Of a stretch of DNA of 64,000 nt, positions 28,124-43,316 are shown piece by piece. The DNA comes from Haliotis rufescens (Eukaryota). Below the pieces are notes generated by a model. It saw only the letters and a list, made by a program, of their open reading frames with translations, had not been told where the DNA came from and made no database searches. A program made the translations under genes and the position numbers. The first letter of the stretch is position 1, and the number at the start of each line of letters is the position of its first letter. The stretch lies in contig NW_025963784.1 of NCBI RefSeq assembly GCF_023055435.1, positions 806,001-870,000 of the forward strand, in the 5' to 3' direction.

Positions 28124-28400
28124 GGGGTACGGTGGCCCAGTAGTCTAGGGCGCCGCCATTTGCTGTGTAGAGTTGCGTCCCTTGGGGACGCCAGACACCT
28201 GTGATCCTGGGTTCGAATCCCGGTTCGCCCAGATTATGTTTCTAGGTTTGTCAGCACCATACCCGTCCTCTTGGGTTTCACCGAAGCGGTAAACGTCTGA
28301 GACCTGCATCACTTCGGGCTTTCCTCTCACATTAAGCTGACACGCCGTGATATAACTGGAATACTGTTAAAAACAGCGTTGAACCCAACTCACTCACTCA
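28124..28400 (+). mobile_element. tRNA-derived SINE (same family as 9120-9369)
   Basis: TGGCCCAGTAG A box, GGTTCGAATCC B box and ACTC-repeat tail. Fragments of this family also occur at ~26885-27010 (-) and ~30655-30745 (+). Confidence 0.85.
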
Positions 28401-30028
28401 CACACTCTGGAGATTTAATTAGAAAGGAAATTAGATTCAGCCCCACTCACACCCGACATTGACGAAACATGGTGATTGTCCCTTGCCGATCTCAAATTAT
28501 CAAGATTCATTTCAATTAAATATTATCGCAAGCCGCACTGCCACCGCCGTTACAAACATTATCCTGTCTTGTATCAAGTCAACAAAGTCAACTGTAGACA
28601 ATGTCAGGGATAGAAAAGGTTGAATAATGCATACCACGTTTACGGTAGCTGGTCAAAGGGAGGCAACTCTGTTTTCAGATATTATGTTAGCATTTGAAAA
28701 GTACGGAAGTTATCCTGACGAGACCTGGATACTGTTGGTAAAATGCTTACAGGCGTATTGTCAATAGAGGCATCACCTGTAGCTGTTCGTACTGGGCTAG
28801 AATGACTTTGTTTTCTGAATGTGGCAAATGTACGTAATAATGACGAAAGGTATAATGAAATGAAGTGCACTGATGTTTAAACAGCTTTAAATGTTCTGTT
28901 TTGTGTTGAACTCATTTTCCAGAATTGAAATAGTATTTTCCTGTTTTACATCATACCATGAAGGAAATTTGTTCTTCATCTCATGTACATGTAATTTTGA
29001 TCTTTTGATTACCACAACCATTGTACCTGTTACCTATTGTTCAGGTTGTGAGAAAGGGAGAGAAAACGTTTACGCTTACTTATGCTATTTCTAGTGATAT
29101 AAACAGAGGGACGGTTTGAATATTTGAAACGATGTACAATATGAAGGTTGTATAGCACTGGGATCGAATTACGAATTACGAATATGTTCTGATTACTGAC
29201 TTGAATAATCAGTTTTTTATTCAATTTAATTTAGAAAGTATGTGAATTTCTGAGTGATTTATCATTGCTATCACTGTGAGGTAGAGGTATTCGAATTCGT
29301 CAGAGATGTTTGTATGGATAAGAGCGACAAAACCCTTTGCATAATCACAAGAAATCTCTGTTGTAAGCAGACTCCATTTAACGATTCTGACTTTATTAAA
29401 AGCATCACTATGAACTTTCATTATTTCCGGGAGATATTTCCCATGTAAGCTCCAATCCGTAGCATTCTAAACTTAATAAATATACAACGCCAGAGAATAA
29501 CCAATCTTGATTATTCACCGAAACACATTCCATTGGGCGTAAAGGGCAAAATAGCGGGGAAAACTATAGGAATCGATTACTGATAATCACTGATGACACC
29601 ATGTCTTCCGAAAGTGTACGCATGTCCTGCCCAACCGGATTTTCGGATTTTCGGATATAACAATATTCGCATCTTTACCAGTCTTTCATATGTACAAACA
29701 CCAACAATATTGAGAAAGTCGTGCATTCACATATACATGTGCACACATTCGAACACATTCATGCACAGGAAACATATGCTGCAACCCCTGACTTCCCTCT
29801 CTGATCCCAGCACATCCTTTCCTTATGCCTGTATTATCAGCATACTACACGTAGGTCACCAAACATTGTATTTCTGACACTACTGTAGCGTCATGTCTTT
29901 ACATATGATAGTTCCTTGTATGTCCCACGACACTTAACATGCATGATACAAAGTATGACCCTTATATGTGTCACACAGTGATGGCTGTCTCTCTCACATG
30001 CACTGCAGTAATAATAAAGAAGGCCTAC

Positions 30029-30070
30029 CCGATATCGAAATCCTGACAAGCATGACCTAATATTCCCCAT
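30029..30070 (-). pseudogene. Orphan exon 1 of the death-domain family (MGNIRSCLSGFRYR|GT)
   Basis: A 42-nt exon homologous to the other exon 1s, with a GT donor, TATAAA (30146-30141) and GGGGACTCCC (30165-30174) upstream. No recognisable death-domain exon was found downstream. Confidence 0.65.
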
Positions 30071-32497
30071 GATCATATCCCATCTACGAATCCGCAGCGT
30101 GTGATATTGTGACACAGTTAACACAACGTAGCCAGCCAAGTTTATACATGCAGGACTGATGGGAGGGGACTCCCTTGTACAATTTACCGGCACATTGTAA
30201 ATCTCAGACTTATGTAACCAACAAATTTCTGTCATTTCTCCAAATCACGGACTTCGGATTCTCGGCTGTGAATCGCCATGTCATTCGCCATTTTCATTCA
30301 TACTCAGTGGTTATAGGCTGCTAATCAAATCTTCTCAATGTCCACACCTCGTGGAGTAAGCTGTCTACTTCAGATGCCCTAAAAGCGTGTTTGATACCTG
30401 TGAAGATGAAGATGAAGCTCAGGTTGTAGAAAAAGGAGGTACGTTTTAACCACAAGTGACTAAAGTATTGAGACGAAAACCCTAAAATCGTGTGGGATAA
30501 CACACGATATGTTGATGTTGAGCAGTATAATCAGTCAATTGAAGTTATGGTGTATCAATTGCCTGAAATGACCATTGAATGAAATTAAAACACCCTTGAA
30601 ACATATATATATATATATATGTACTTAGTCAACATTGTTTTCCTAGTTTTCAAACTTCGGGCTTTCCTCACACATGGGGCTGACACGCAACGATATAACT
30701 GTAATACTGTTAAAAGTGGCGTTAAACCCAACTCACTCACTCACTCTTAGTTTTTAGAACAGAGCACAGAGGGATGAACTGGTGGCCAGTCTTGGCGACG
30801 ATGTAATAATTATTTATCTCACAATAATGTCTGTTGCAGGAAACAAATAACACCACGCGTCCATTGCGTGTGTGTTGATGGGCATTTATTGAAGTATTAG
30901 ATGCCACGAAACTCATGCAGTGATAAGACACGGCAAAACGACAATAATTTGCACGCAATATCCGTCCCTGGATGTCGCAACTAACAAGACTGAGAGGTAG
31001 TGCATGATGTACACCATAAATCCGAAAATCCGGAAATGTACAAATGACAGACAACAACTTCATACATTTCCTGAAGATTGTTCTGTAGAATGTCTCTTTC
31101 ACACAAATGAAATATAAAAGGACCACAGTGTATTATATCCTTTCTGGGATGCTGACAACAATAGCACATACTGTAAGGTATAGGTGGCTTTAACGGGGTT
31201 TATGGGATTTTACGAGTTGAATGGGCTTGAAAACGCGTAGAGCTACAGAAGAGGAAAAATAGCGGTGGTGTGGATTGGCATACTGGGGAAATAATACAAT
31301 CATAATGTTAACCAAAATAAACCGTTTCGTCATGTAAGTGTGCACCAATACATTTATATGTGTTTCCTTTTCAATAGTACAAAATATTATATGAACATAT
31401 ACACGTTAGCAGGTCAGTTTGCGTTGAGAGCTCAATGGGATATGAAAACATAGCTTCACTTGAACCAATTGTGAAGGCGGAATTCTACAGTTTAGTTGAC
31501 CTCGATGTGTGCGGGCAGCAGTTGAAAAAGCGACAGTAGTTCAGGCTTATCTATTATTGAGATCATGACTTGTATGTTTGTCATTCGAATTCTGTTTGAA
31601 GCTATTTGTAGAATGTAAGGGAGGATATTTTTGAATGTATGAATGTAGGATTTTCGAAACAACTAGTTTTGTCACCACTACAAATCTGTTGCAATGGTGC
31701 ATAGATATGAGTATTAACATATGTTTTCCGCCATCCCTTTGCAATAAGCAATCACTTTATCCTTCGCTAGTTGTCAAAATGTTTTATGGTACAAGTGTAA
31801 GGGACATTTCTGAATTTGATGCATCAGTGACAAAAATGAAGTCCGATGCAATTCCCTATTTTGACCATATGATCCGTGTTTGTTCTGGTGAAAACTGGAT
31901 AGCCATTTCAATGTATGCGATGGGTGCCACCAGTGGGATACGATACGGTCACCTGTTCTCGAGCTTCTGGTATTATCACTATTTGATTTATACATGAGAA
32001 CTACTACAGCCATTGACCTGAATGTGCAAAATTCCAAAAACGAAATATTCTTACATATAGAATTCAGCTGTTGTAAAACACTAATTGGCTTCCATAATAA
32101 TTCAGAAAGAAGATTCTACGACCGGCAACAGATCAACAGTACACTTGGAACAACTTTACAAAAAAAATCAACCGTGACCGGACATAGTAGAGGCAAATCA
32201 TTATGTGAGAGGCAATTATGTGTCCGGATTTTCGGAGAACGGATGACGTTTAGGGCACATCTATTCATCCCTCGTTAGTTCATTCTTAAATATCACAAGA
32301 GACAGAAAGACAAGTTGTTACAAAAGGCATCACAGCAATTTATTTATAACATTTATTCTTAAGACATACAAATAGAATCACAATGTATTACAAACGGAAA
32401 GGATAACACTGAAGAGTGTTCAGTGTGCAACTTAAGGAAACAGGACATTATTCAGATCAGTGAGGATACAAAGTTATGTACAGAAGCCTCAGTGAAC

Positions 32498-33272
32498 CGT
32501 ATGCAAACGTAACTCGTTCGATAAGTCCAAGTTCGATGCCGACAATCTCGAACCCGATCCCGATGTGACTTGCAACAAGGCTGAGATCTCTGTCAGATAC
32601 AGGGGTATCCAACATCTCTTCATTCACAGCATATGCTTGGTTCCAGTGTGTTGGCCCTATAACAGTCATCTCACAATAAGCATACTCTTTACATGTGCGT
32701 GTGTTTTGTGTAATATATTGGCTTTCAAATTACCCATTAATATTCTAAATTATCTTAACGTATCTTAATATCAAATTCTCTCAAAAATCCAATAACAAAA
32801 CATATTGTTATTATATCACAATATATAATGAAAACATTCTAGGGTACACATAAAAAATAGGAATTATGCTAATTTCGGACCTGATGAATCATACCAAAAC
32901 ACACAATCCGTCTATTAAAGTCAATGAAACAATAAATAGGATTAGACGTACCCCTCTGTGCCAGCTGTGGGTTATCATGGCAGGTTATGGGGTTGTCTGT
33001 CTTGGATATTTTCTGGAATCAAAACACAATGAGAAATATTCGTGAATACTCGCTGCATCAAAATATTTCCCTCAGTTTAAAAACACGATTGACAGCCGTA
33101 AGTAGGGCAATCTTACATATATACAAACATAAAAAACAGTCGCGAATGGACGTGCACACGCGTGGACGCGCATAAACATTGATACGCTGACATACCAACA
33201 AGGAAATTACGAGAAATGAATTTGACCTACCTGATATTTGAATCCTGACCAGCATAAAACAATATTGCTCAT
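32498..33272 (-). pseudogene. Death-domain gene copy DD5, truncated (exons 33272-33231, 33012-32952, 32656-~32498)
   Basis: Starts MSNIVLCWSGFKYQ (Gly2 to Ser). Exon 3 has a 12-nt deletion, and the C-terminal half of the domain is deleted into the 3'UTR. The kB site is degenerate. Confidence 0.8.
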
Positions 33273-36248
33273 GCTGCCTGTATCTAACACTCCAGAGAGA
33301 AGGTGAAACACACAACCGTATCCCCTCAGAAACTGAGAAACAATGACACTGTCGTCTGTACACAACTGCCTTTATTTATAGAAATATGGAGACTCGCCTA
33401 CTTGCTGACTGAGTTTTCGGGATACTTTCCAGCTCCACATGTTACTTACAATTGATCTCGGACGGCGGATTTTCGGATTGTATCTGCCATTAAAAAATGT
33501 GGTGTGGGGGTCAGATGTTGGTGTTCGTGCAGCATTGATTATCAAATANNNNNNNNNNNNNNNNNNNNNNNNNNNNNNNNNNNNNNNNNNNNNNNNNNNN
33601 NNNNNNNNNNNNNNNNNNNNNNNNNNNNNNNNNNNNNNNNNNNNNNNNNNNNNNNNNNNNNNNNNNNNNNNNNNNNNNNNNNNNNNNNNNNNNNNNNNNN
33701 AACAACAACTTCAAACATTTCATGAAGATGTTTCTGCAGAATTCTTTTTAAAAAAAGCACCACATTGTATTATATCCAGGAAATACTTAATGGGACAAAT
33801 GTTACGAGTTGAATGGGCTACAGAAGAGAAGAGGAAAAATAGTGGTGGTGTGGGTTGGCATACTGGAGAAATGAGACAGTCATGTTGTTAACCAAAGTCT
33901 CGTCATGTAAGTGTGCACCAATACACTTAAATGTGTTTCCTTTTTAATAGTACATAATATAATATGAACATATACACGTTAGCAGGTCATTTTGCGTTGA
34001 GAGCTCAATGGGATATAATAGCATAGCGAAGAACTTCACTTGAACTGATTGCGAAGGCGGAACATTCTTCTGTTTAATTGACCTCGATGTGTACGTACAG
34101 CAGTTGAATCATCTCACATTTATTCCCGAAACATCAAGTTTTGATAAAAGCGACATGCCTAATGATAAAGGAATATCTTCTAATATATCCTCCTGTTCAA
34201 TTTAATGTACTGGTTACAAAGGAATATCTGCGAAATAATAAAGGAATATGTGTTAATATATCCTCCTGTTCAATTTAATGTACTGGTTACAAAGAGGAAT
34301 ATCGAAAAATGGTTACAGTATAAAACAAAGTCACATTATCCCAAATAGACTCAACATAATATGTTTTAGATATGGTACTAATATAACAGTTGCTGAAGTG
34401 CGCGTTGGTTATTGCAGAGCGTGTGTCGGATCTTAAATAACTGACAATTGAATAACCATTTTGAAATGCATTAATATTTCTTAATGGAGTTGTGACATGT
34501 GAATAAATCCAGTTGGAACAGAGAACCTCTGATTGACTGCGTCGGATTTTCGGACTAGCAACGTCACAATCGCCGCCGACAAGTAAACGTTATTATCGTC
34601 TCTTGTACCGGGACTCTGGCTTTCTTGAATGACTTGGCGATCGACTTCGTCTGTCATTACTCTGAAGCGGAGATTTTTTTTTTTTTATCGAAAATACAAC
34701 GTGAATAGTATTCTATTTCAACAGGTTTCACAGTTATATAGCAAGCATTTTACATGAAGTAAAATGTTAAACTCCCGCTTTGGACATTGTTATTGAACCC
34801 CAGGGGTAAAAAGCACTCAACATCTACGTTATTGTTCCAGGATCTAATGGTGGTAACATGTGACATACATTAGTGTAGAAACAGTACAAACTATACAAAC
34901 ATCTCGTTCTAGTGATGTTTCAAAGTGAATGTCATGTGGACCAATATGCCTTCAGCTTCATGCTGGTAACGACTTTTTGCAACAACAAATAGCTTACATC
35001 TTTTATTAAATTTGTGAGAGTGGTGGGTGCATCTGGTAGAGCATTACATGCTAATCATTCTGTGGAATTCCTGGTGTCATCACTGATTTTCAGTGATCCA
35101 TTCCACTTTTCATCACTATTTTTGATCTTTTCTATGCATAAAAAAGTGACAGTGTTTCAGGCTTCTCTATTATTGAGAACATGACTTGTATGTTTGTTAT
35201 TCAAATTCTTTTTCTTGTTATTTGTAGAATGTAAGAGAGTATATTATTGAATACATAAAATCGGATTTTCGAAACAACTAGATTTTTCACCCCTACAACT
35301 CTGTTGCAATGGTGCATAGAAATGAGTGCAGTCACTAATAGTCCAAATGTTTTATGGTAAAAGTGTAGAAGACTGCATAGGATAGCCATTTCCTTGTCTG
35401 TGACGGGTTCCACCAGTGGGACAGGATACCTTTTCGCGAACTTCTGGTATCATCTCTGTTTGATTTCATACCTGAGAACCACTACAGCCCATGACCGGTA
35501 TCGCAAACTTCCAACCAGGAAATCTTCTTACAAATAGATTACAGCTACAATAGAAAGTAAAACACTGATTGTCGTCCATAATCAATCAGCAAGTTTCTAC
35601 GACCGGCAAACCCTTGTGAAATTGTTCAAAAGAAGAGACAACAGATAAACAGTACACTTGGAACAACATAACACAAATAATTTGACTGTTCAATCGTGAC
35701 CCGACATTGTAGAGTCAAATCATATTGTGAGACGCAATTATGTCTCCGGATTTTCGGATTACGGATGACGTTTAGGCCACATGTATTCATCCCTCGCTAG
35801 TTCATCCTCAAATAAAAGAGACAGAAAGACAAGTTGTTACAAAAAGCATCACAGCAATTTATTAAAAGCATTTATTCTCAACACACACACATACAATCAC
35901 AATGTATTACAAACGGAAAAGATATTACTGTTTAAATGAAGAGTGTTCAGTTTGCATCTTGAGGAAACAGAAAATCAATCAGATCAGTCAGGATTCCAAA
36001 TTATGTACAAAAGTCTCAGTGAACCTAGCATCGCGACTCGATATTTCAAAACGGGAACCCAATCAATCAAAGATAACTGTACATGAGAAGACTGTTCAGT
36101 GCAGCGCTAGTATATGAGAGAACATAAATGTAGGCATGATTTCTCTGTATGTTGTCGGGGAAACTCAGTGACGATTACTTATATACCCACTCGTGTATTC
36201 ACAGCGTAAAGCAAGACAGCGTCATGTGCATTCAGCTCTCCGACTTGA

Positions 36249-37179
36249 TTACACAGACACAGTGGACGGTCCCTGAAGGATGTTGAGAATGTCCTCCCAC
36301 TCAATGGTACACCTGTCATTGCAACTCCACAGTGCTCTGACAAGGACCAGGCTGGTTGCAGTTCTCCCGTTCTTCTCCTTCCACTTTGTAGGCATGTGTA
36401 CAACTTGCATGTATAGTGAACATGGATGTGCAAAAGTCACTTGTTCGATAACCACGAGAGTAAGTCCAAGTTCGATGCCAACAGACTCGAACCCGATCCC
36501 GATGTGACTTGCAACAAGGCTGAGATCTCGTCCCGACACAGGAGTATCCAACATCTCTTCATTTACAGCATATGCATGGTTCAGGTGTCTTGGCCCTACA
36601 ACATTAAACTCACAATAAACTACCTATTTACTTGTGTACATTGTGTGTGATAGATGTAACAACACTCAGTTCGCTTTCATTATTCTAAATTAGCCTCACT
36701 AAACAAAAACAAAAAATACGACCCGTCCATCAATTCATCCACTCATCCATATGGTAATGTGGAAAAAATCATTGTGGTACTCATAGAGCTATACTTCCTC
36801 AAATATTATAAGACAAACAGATCGTTTCAATTCAATGAAACTAAAAAAATGAAACAATGTGTTCCAACGTACCTCTCTCTGCCGGGTCGCGTTTATAATG
36901 GCAATTTATCGAGTTCCCTGTGGTGGTCAGTCTCTGGAATCGAATAAACACAGTTTTAAACACAATTGATAGCTACACTATCATAGCAATGGATCATCTT
37001 ACATAAACTAAACTAAACAAAACAATGCAATAACAAATGCACGTGTACACACGCCGACGCGCATTATAAACATTGATACCTTAACGTTCGAATCGGGAAA
37101 GAACATGAAATAAGCCTGTGGCTGTATATATATCCACCTGATATCGGAATCTTGACCAGCATGAAACATTATTACCCAT
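36249..37179 (-). CDS. Death-domain-only protein, copy DD6 (exons 37179-37138, 36933-36873, 36595-36249; 149 aa)
   Basis: Near-identical to DD2, with MGNNVSC start. One Leu-to-Pro change (HMPTKW) falls in a conserved helix. Confidence 0.8.
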
Positions 37180-40100
37180 GCTGTGAGTATCTATGCTTCT
37201 ACTTCACACACGTGTATCCCACAGCCAGCTGACACAGTCTGATACTGTCGACGGTTCTGACAATCTTTATATTTGGTAGTAGCGTAAGAGGATTCCCCTG
37301 CCTTTGGTAGGGAATTGTCAGTCACAGGCAACTTACAACCGGTTTTGGGATCGCAGTTCGGATTTTAGGATTTCATTCGCCATATCAGGATGATAGGCAT
37401 GGGTAAAATACTTGTGCCGGTAGTATAAACACTTGCGTCAGTCGTGTGTTTATAGCCATTTAGAAGTTGGAAGAATGTGACAAAATGAAACGTGTTTGGA
37501 TGACAACTTCTTTCCCGTTCATCGTGTGAGGATGCAGGTGAAAGGTGAAGAAGTAGTCCTCAAATGTCGTAGCAAACAATAGAGAAGTTGTGATCCATAA
37601 GAGTTTCACGTGTGTTTGGATCATACTTTTCTGGGCCATCTGTCTTGTTCAGGTGCAGTAAATAATACACTTGTTTAAGTTTATTCAGTTAAATTGTTCA
37701 TGTTGGCTTTCATCAGATCATCTGTAGATACGCGTGTTCTCATTTTCCTTATCATCAATACACGGTATGCAGAAACTGATCAAGACAAGAACCATTAAAA
37801 CCATTTCATCACATTTCTTTTGATGTTACGATTATAAATGATTCTGTCTTCAGTCTATGTATTTTGGCAAGGATGTTCAAACAAAAACTTTTGCATATGA
37901 TATATGTGTCTCAAAGCAATATTACCAAGGAACATGATATGTATATACATCGGTAAGTGTTGGAAGCTTACGCCGTAATATGATTAATTAGATCAAATCG
38001 ATCTACTACACTAAAATCATCGATCCGAAAATCCGACAAAATGTTATACATGTAAATACATGTCGCTAGAGGAGCTGTACATACCGGAATGTGTACATAG
38101 GAACAGTTATGTTGCTGTGCGGATAAGGATATGAGTTCGCGGGTAGAGTCAGTAGGGGGTGTATACGATTTTACATGCTGAATGGGCTTGAAAATATGAA
38201 GAAGAAATGAGGGGAAATATGAGCAGTGATGTGGTTTGGTATATTGAGGAAATGATATAACATGTCGCTACATTTACATGTCTCATCATATAAGTGTGCA
38301 TCATATAAGTGTGCACAAAACACTTGAACTTGTGTAGTTGTCAATAGTGCATAAGATAACCAGGCAGTGATCAATACGTAGTGTAAAATTGACTTCCGCC
38401 AGAATAGGTATAAATGATGTCTCACTGTGACATGAGTGCATAACGAAGAACTTCCTTTGAACTAATTGTCTAGTGGAACGTTCTACTGTTTGATTGATGT
38501 CGATGTGCATGGGAAGCAGTTCAGTCACCTCGCATCTACTCCCGATATATACCGCGAAGACTGAGGGATCATCTGTAGTTAAAATTCTGTTCATTATTAT
38601 AAAAGGAATATCTGCTAAAACCTAATCTTCATCAGCTGAAGAGGAATATGCAGAATGGTTATAGTATACAACAATGTACGATTATCCCAGATAAACTCAA
38701 TATTTTATGGTTAATATATCGTACCCATCAGTGAGCATCAGAACAATTGTCAGATATTAAGTAATTGGTGATTGAATAAATTATACATTTGAATATACAT
38801 GGGACAGGTTTTTGGACCAATGAAGTGAAATTTTCCATTTACAAAGAAAATATTTTACCTTCTCGTGTACCCGGACACAGGCTTACTTGAATGGCTTGAC
38901 GATCGACTACGTCGGGTTCGATTCTCAACATGACAATAACGTTTATGACAAGTTTGATGCGCTTGTGGTATGTGGACATAATAAATTAAAATTAAAAACC
39001 TTGGTATCACGACTGCATACAAAATAGTGGTTACTTTTATTATTCTGTTTCGTGTGAGAATTACGCATCACCTGTAGTTTGTGGTACTCTGTTAAAGTTA
39101 AATTGTGTGTAAATAGTAAAGCGGGCGGTACGACGTTTCAGGACTTTCGGATTTTCGGACTGTCGTGAAAAGGCTTATTGAAAAGAAATGCATGTCGTTA
39201 CGAATATGTTCTGATTTCTGTTTACAAACACTTGAATATTTTTTTATCATTGCTATCACTGTGAGGTGGAAGTATTATAAGCCTGCGGCTCGTGGTATTT
39301 AACATAGGGCCGGACGCATTAAACCACATGAACCCCTCGTGGTACTGCTAAAACGAATTTATCTTACTGACATGTTACACTTGTTAAAGAATTGAAGCAA
39401 AATCAAAATTGATAGAAAACAGATGTTCGATTGAGCTGAGGATAACTTGTGCTATGTCACGCGACTTTCACTGACTCGGAAAAAGCGTGCGGCTTTTTGC
39501 TTCGAAGCGGGGTTGAAGGGATTCATTCTCCCGCTCAATGATCACGTGATGCCCGTCTTCTTCGTGGCGGGGTAAAAGCGACTATTCTCCCGCTGAGACA
39601 TTTATGTTCCACCCAGGCAGAATGCATAGTATTTTATCAAGATCACGTGAACTAATCATATATCAACATTCTGAAATGGAGATATGATGGAACAGAACAG
39701 AGAATAATTAGAAATATCTGTTAAACGTAAAGCAGATTTTTCGAATCTGACTTTATCATAAGTATGTGTTATTTTATGCAGTGTCAACTTAACTCGGAGG
39801 AAAACTGTAGCGCATATCATTCACGTTTACCACTATGGCAGAACCTCCGATCATGGGTATGTTTCTAACAAACCAACAATCATAATCAGCACAAATCTGG
39901 GATTCGAACTCACAATCATGGGATTTCGTCACGCTGATTATGTACAGCTATCTGCAACGCATCAGACTACTAAGACACCACCTTGAGTCGTGGAAATGAA
40001 GTGCTGGATATGTGACAAATCATTGTTGTTCGCATTACCGAGTTCATCACGGTAGTGTATGTTCCTTCCGATTGAAGTTAACTGAAATATGATAAAACAC

Positions 40101-40384
40101 AAGACTACGATCTTTCATTATTCTTTGTATATTTCTGAGCGATATTTCACAGATCTAATGGAATCCAAAGCATTCCGAATTTAGTATTTCATATTATTAC
40201 ACAGGCCAGACAGGGAGCGGAAAAATCCCCCGATAGGTGTGATAACTATATATATTTGCTATACATGAAGGCAAATCACATAGTCACTTTTACCTCGACA
40301 CATCTGATCGCTGTACAGGAGGGGTGATATCGATATCAAAATATCATGATTCCACCATTTATTGAATGTATATTATAACTGAGA

Positions 40385-41270
40385 TTACAGTGACTGCAGG
40401 ATGTGAGAATGTCTTCCCATTCAATCGTGCATCTCTCTTTACATGTCCAGAGTGCTTTGACCAGGACCAGATAGGTGGCCGAACTGCCATTCCACTGCTT
40501 CCATTTCGTGAGCATGGGTGTGCAACTCTGCCCTGTTGAATAGCCACAACGCTGAGCCCAAATTCAATCTCGACATACTCAAAGCCGATCCCGATATGTC
40601 TCGCAACAAGGCCGAGATCTCGTCTAGTCACTGAAGTCTTGAGTTTTCCGTCATCACAGTGTGATGAACCTATATGACAAATACAAGAGACACAAAATGT
40701 TATTTAACGGCTGTAATTAGATGTAAGAATGTAATATTAGTTCCGGAGAGCTGTTATTCCTACAAAACAGTTTAAGAGAAAAAATAACTGAAATGATAAC
40801 ATGGGCATGGGAAGCTAAAACATATCACAGTAAAACAGTTAAGGAGAAATACAGGAAACCACAGTGGACAATCATGTATCAGCTTTACATATAGAGCATT
40901 TCTATATGGAGCCTGACCAATTCCAAAGAAGCCTGCAGAAACCTATATATGATTCAACGTTTCGCAAATCATTTGAAAGGCAATTCCAGAACCGATGGCC
41001 TCACAAACAAACGCATTCAGCCAGAACATAGATGTTGTTACCCGGGGATTCGCAGCTGAGGGAGTTTGAAGGAGTTGGTTTGACTTCTGATTTCATGAAC
41101 ACTTATTGATATAGAATATGTTTTGAATTAACCTAACTCAGTTACCAAACTATATTATTAAACAGCTTAAAAACAAACTACCAGACAATTTCAGAAGAAA
41201 ATGTATTCATACAATCTTCGAAAGATATATAATGAAGAATGAGTAAAACAAACCTTTCTTAACGATCTGC
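40385..41270 (-). pseudogene. Death-domain gene copy DD7 (paralogue of DD3), inactivated
   Basis: 28-nt and 1-nt deletions in exon 3. A deletion of about 1 kb at ~41270 (equivalent to ~8982-9962) removes most of exon 2, exon 1 and the promoter. Confidence 0.8.
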
Positions 41271-43316
41271 TTTCAGCAGGTTTCCGTGAAAATGTTGAGC
41301 ATGTCCTGCTCTAGATCTACTTGGGAGGCCCGCCACTCCCACAAATTTACTGAAGTAAGTGTGCAATGTTCCTGCCACGACGTTGGCCTGAACATAATCG
41401 TTTCTAGACCAGTGATCATTATCATGAGCAATCGTGACCATCCCATCAATTCAAATGAGTCCTATTAGGAGGATTGAAACGTCCCTGTAATGTCATGGCA
41501 AGGGAAAGCCTCGCGCATGATGTTGACAAGCAGCGTGTTATGTTTGATAAAATCCTCTGAATGTCTACCATAAAATGGTGGAAATGACTTGAACAGGCCT
41601 TTGATGGTTCAACCTTACTTGAAATACTTAGTCCTATGAAAGTTATAAAATGTAAGAGGTTATATTGTTAAATATTGTACACATAAAATCGAATTGTTGC
41701 AGCCACTAGTTTTATCACCAATACAAATCTGTTTCTGTAGCGTAGAGATGCGAGAACAGTCACAATTGTATCAACACATGCATGCTTCGTCTTGGCGCCA
41801 ATCTCTTCCGTCATCCTTCTCAGTCTACAAGCAAAAGTGTTTTAAGTTTTACGGTAGGTGAAGAGGACATTTCCAAATTGGAAGCATCAGTGGCGATGAC
41901 GTGCGATGCAGTTTCCGATTTGGACCATATGAGCCCGTGTTTGTTCCCAGTGGATAACACTGGCTTTTCGCTTCGATGTGTTTAAGACGGTGCAACCAGT
42001 GGAACAGGACACGCTCATCTTTATGCTGACACTTGGTATCATAACTATGTGATAGTTATTAAAAAAATACATGATACTGTTATCGCTTTTCTTTTTATTT
42101 GTTAGATTTGTGAAGAAGAAAATAGGCATGACAATTTGTTCAATAATGACCGTTCGACTGAAATAATAAAATATAATATAAATTGTATGTCCGAGGCAAT
42201 GTTTTGCGACATAAGTACCTGCTTCTGTGATATAGGATTTGTGAATTATAACGACTGAAGAAAACATGGCAACAGTTGTCATTTGTTATCAGTCTAAACA
42301 AGCACCTGCAAACATATGCATAATAATTGTTCATATATCTAAAACAATATTTATTGTATATTAAGCCATAAGAACAACAGTAAATTTTGCATATTGTTAT
42401 TTACCAGGCTATATTTCGGTGTTGTTTAGATATTTTATGGGGTACTGGTTCATAAACATTGGTAGCATGTTTTAAGGAACATATTTATCTCACATATATT
42501 TATCCCACCCCATGCTGCATTGATGATGTGCATTTCTCTATAGATGTGATCACACACCACTGATGCTGCATAAGACGACCTGTCATAACCTGTCATCATT
42601 CCTGAGAACTACTACAGCCCATGACCAATATGTTTTATATACCAACCAGGAAATATCCTTACAAAAGGAATAGAGCTAATATATAATGTCAGAAAATAAT
42701 AGCGTCCTTAATGAATCAAAAACAATTCTACAACCGGCAAACCTTGTAATAGTGTTCAAAATCAGAGTCAACAGATAGACAGTACCCTTGAAATAACATT
42801 CTAAAAATATTTTTGAATTTTCAATCCTTAATACAGTCGGGACATTTGTTATGTGAGAGGCAATTATGTTCCCGGATTTTCGGACTACGGATGACGTTTA
42901 GAGCACAGCTTGTTATCCCTCGGTCACTGTTCCGCGAATATCACAAGAGGCAGAATGACCAGTTCTTACAAAGGACATCATAGCAGTTTATTAACATACA
43001 AATACAATCACAATGTATTATATACGGCAAATTAATGATAACTGTACATATGATGAGTGTTCAGTGCGCAACTTGCACGAGGAAGCAAAAATCATTCAGT
43101 TCAGTCATGATCCCAAATTGTGCACAGAAACCGAAGTGAATCTAGTATCGCGATTCGATATTTCAAAGCGGATGTTTCCTCTAAATGTGATTCGTACATG
43201 CAGGTGCATGGCTACGCAGAAATAGATGTTAGTCCCTGAAGCGTGTTGAGAATATCCTCCCAATCAATAAATCAGTGATAACTATACTTGAGAAGGATGT
43301 TCAGAGCAGCACTTTA

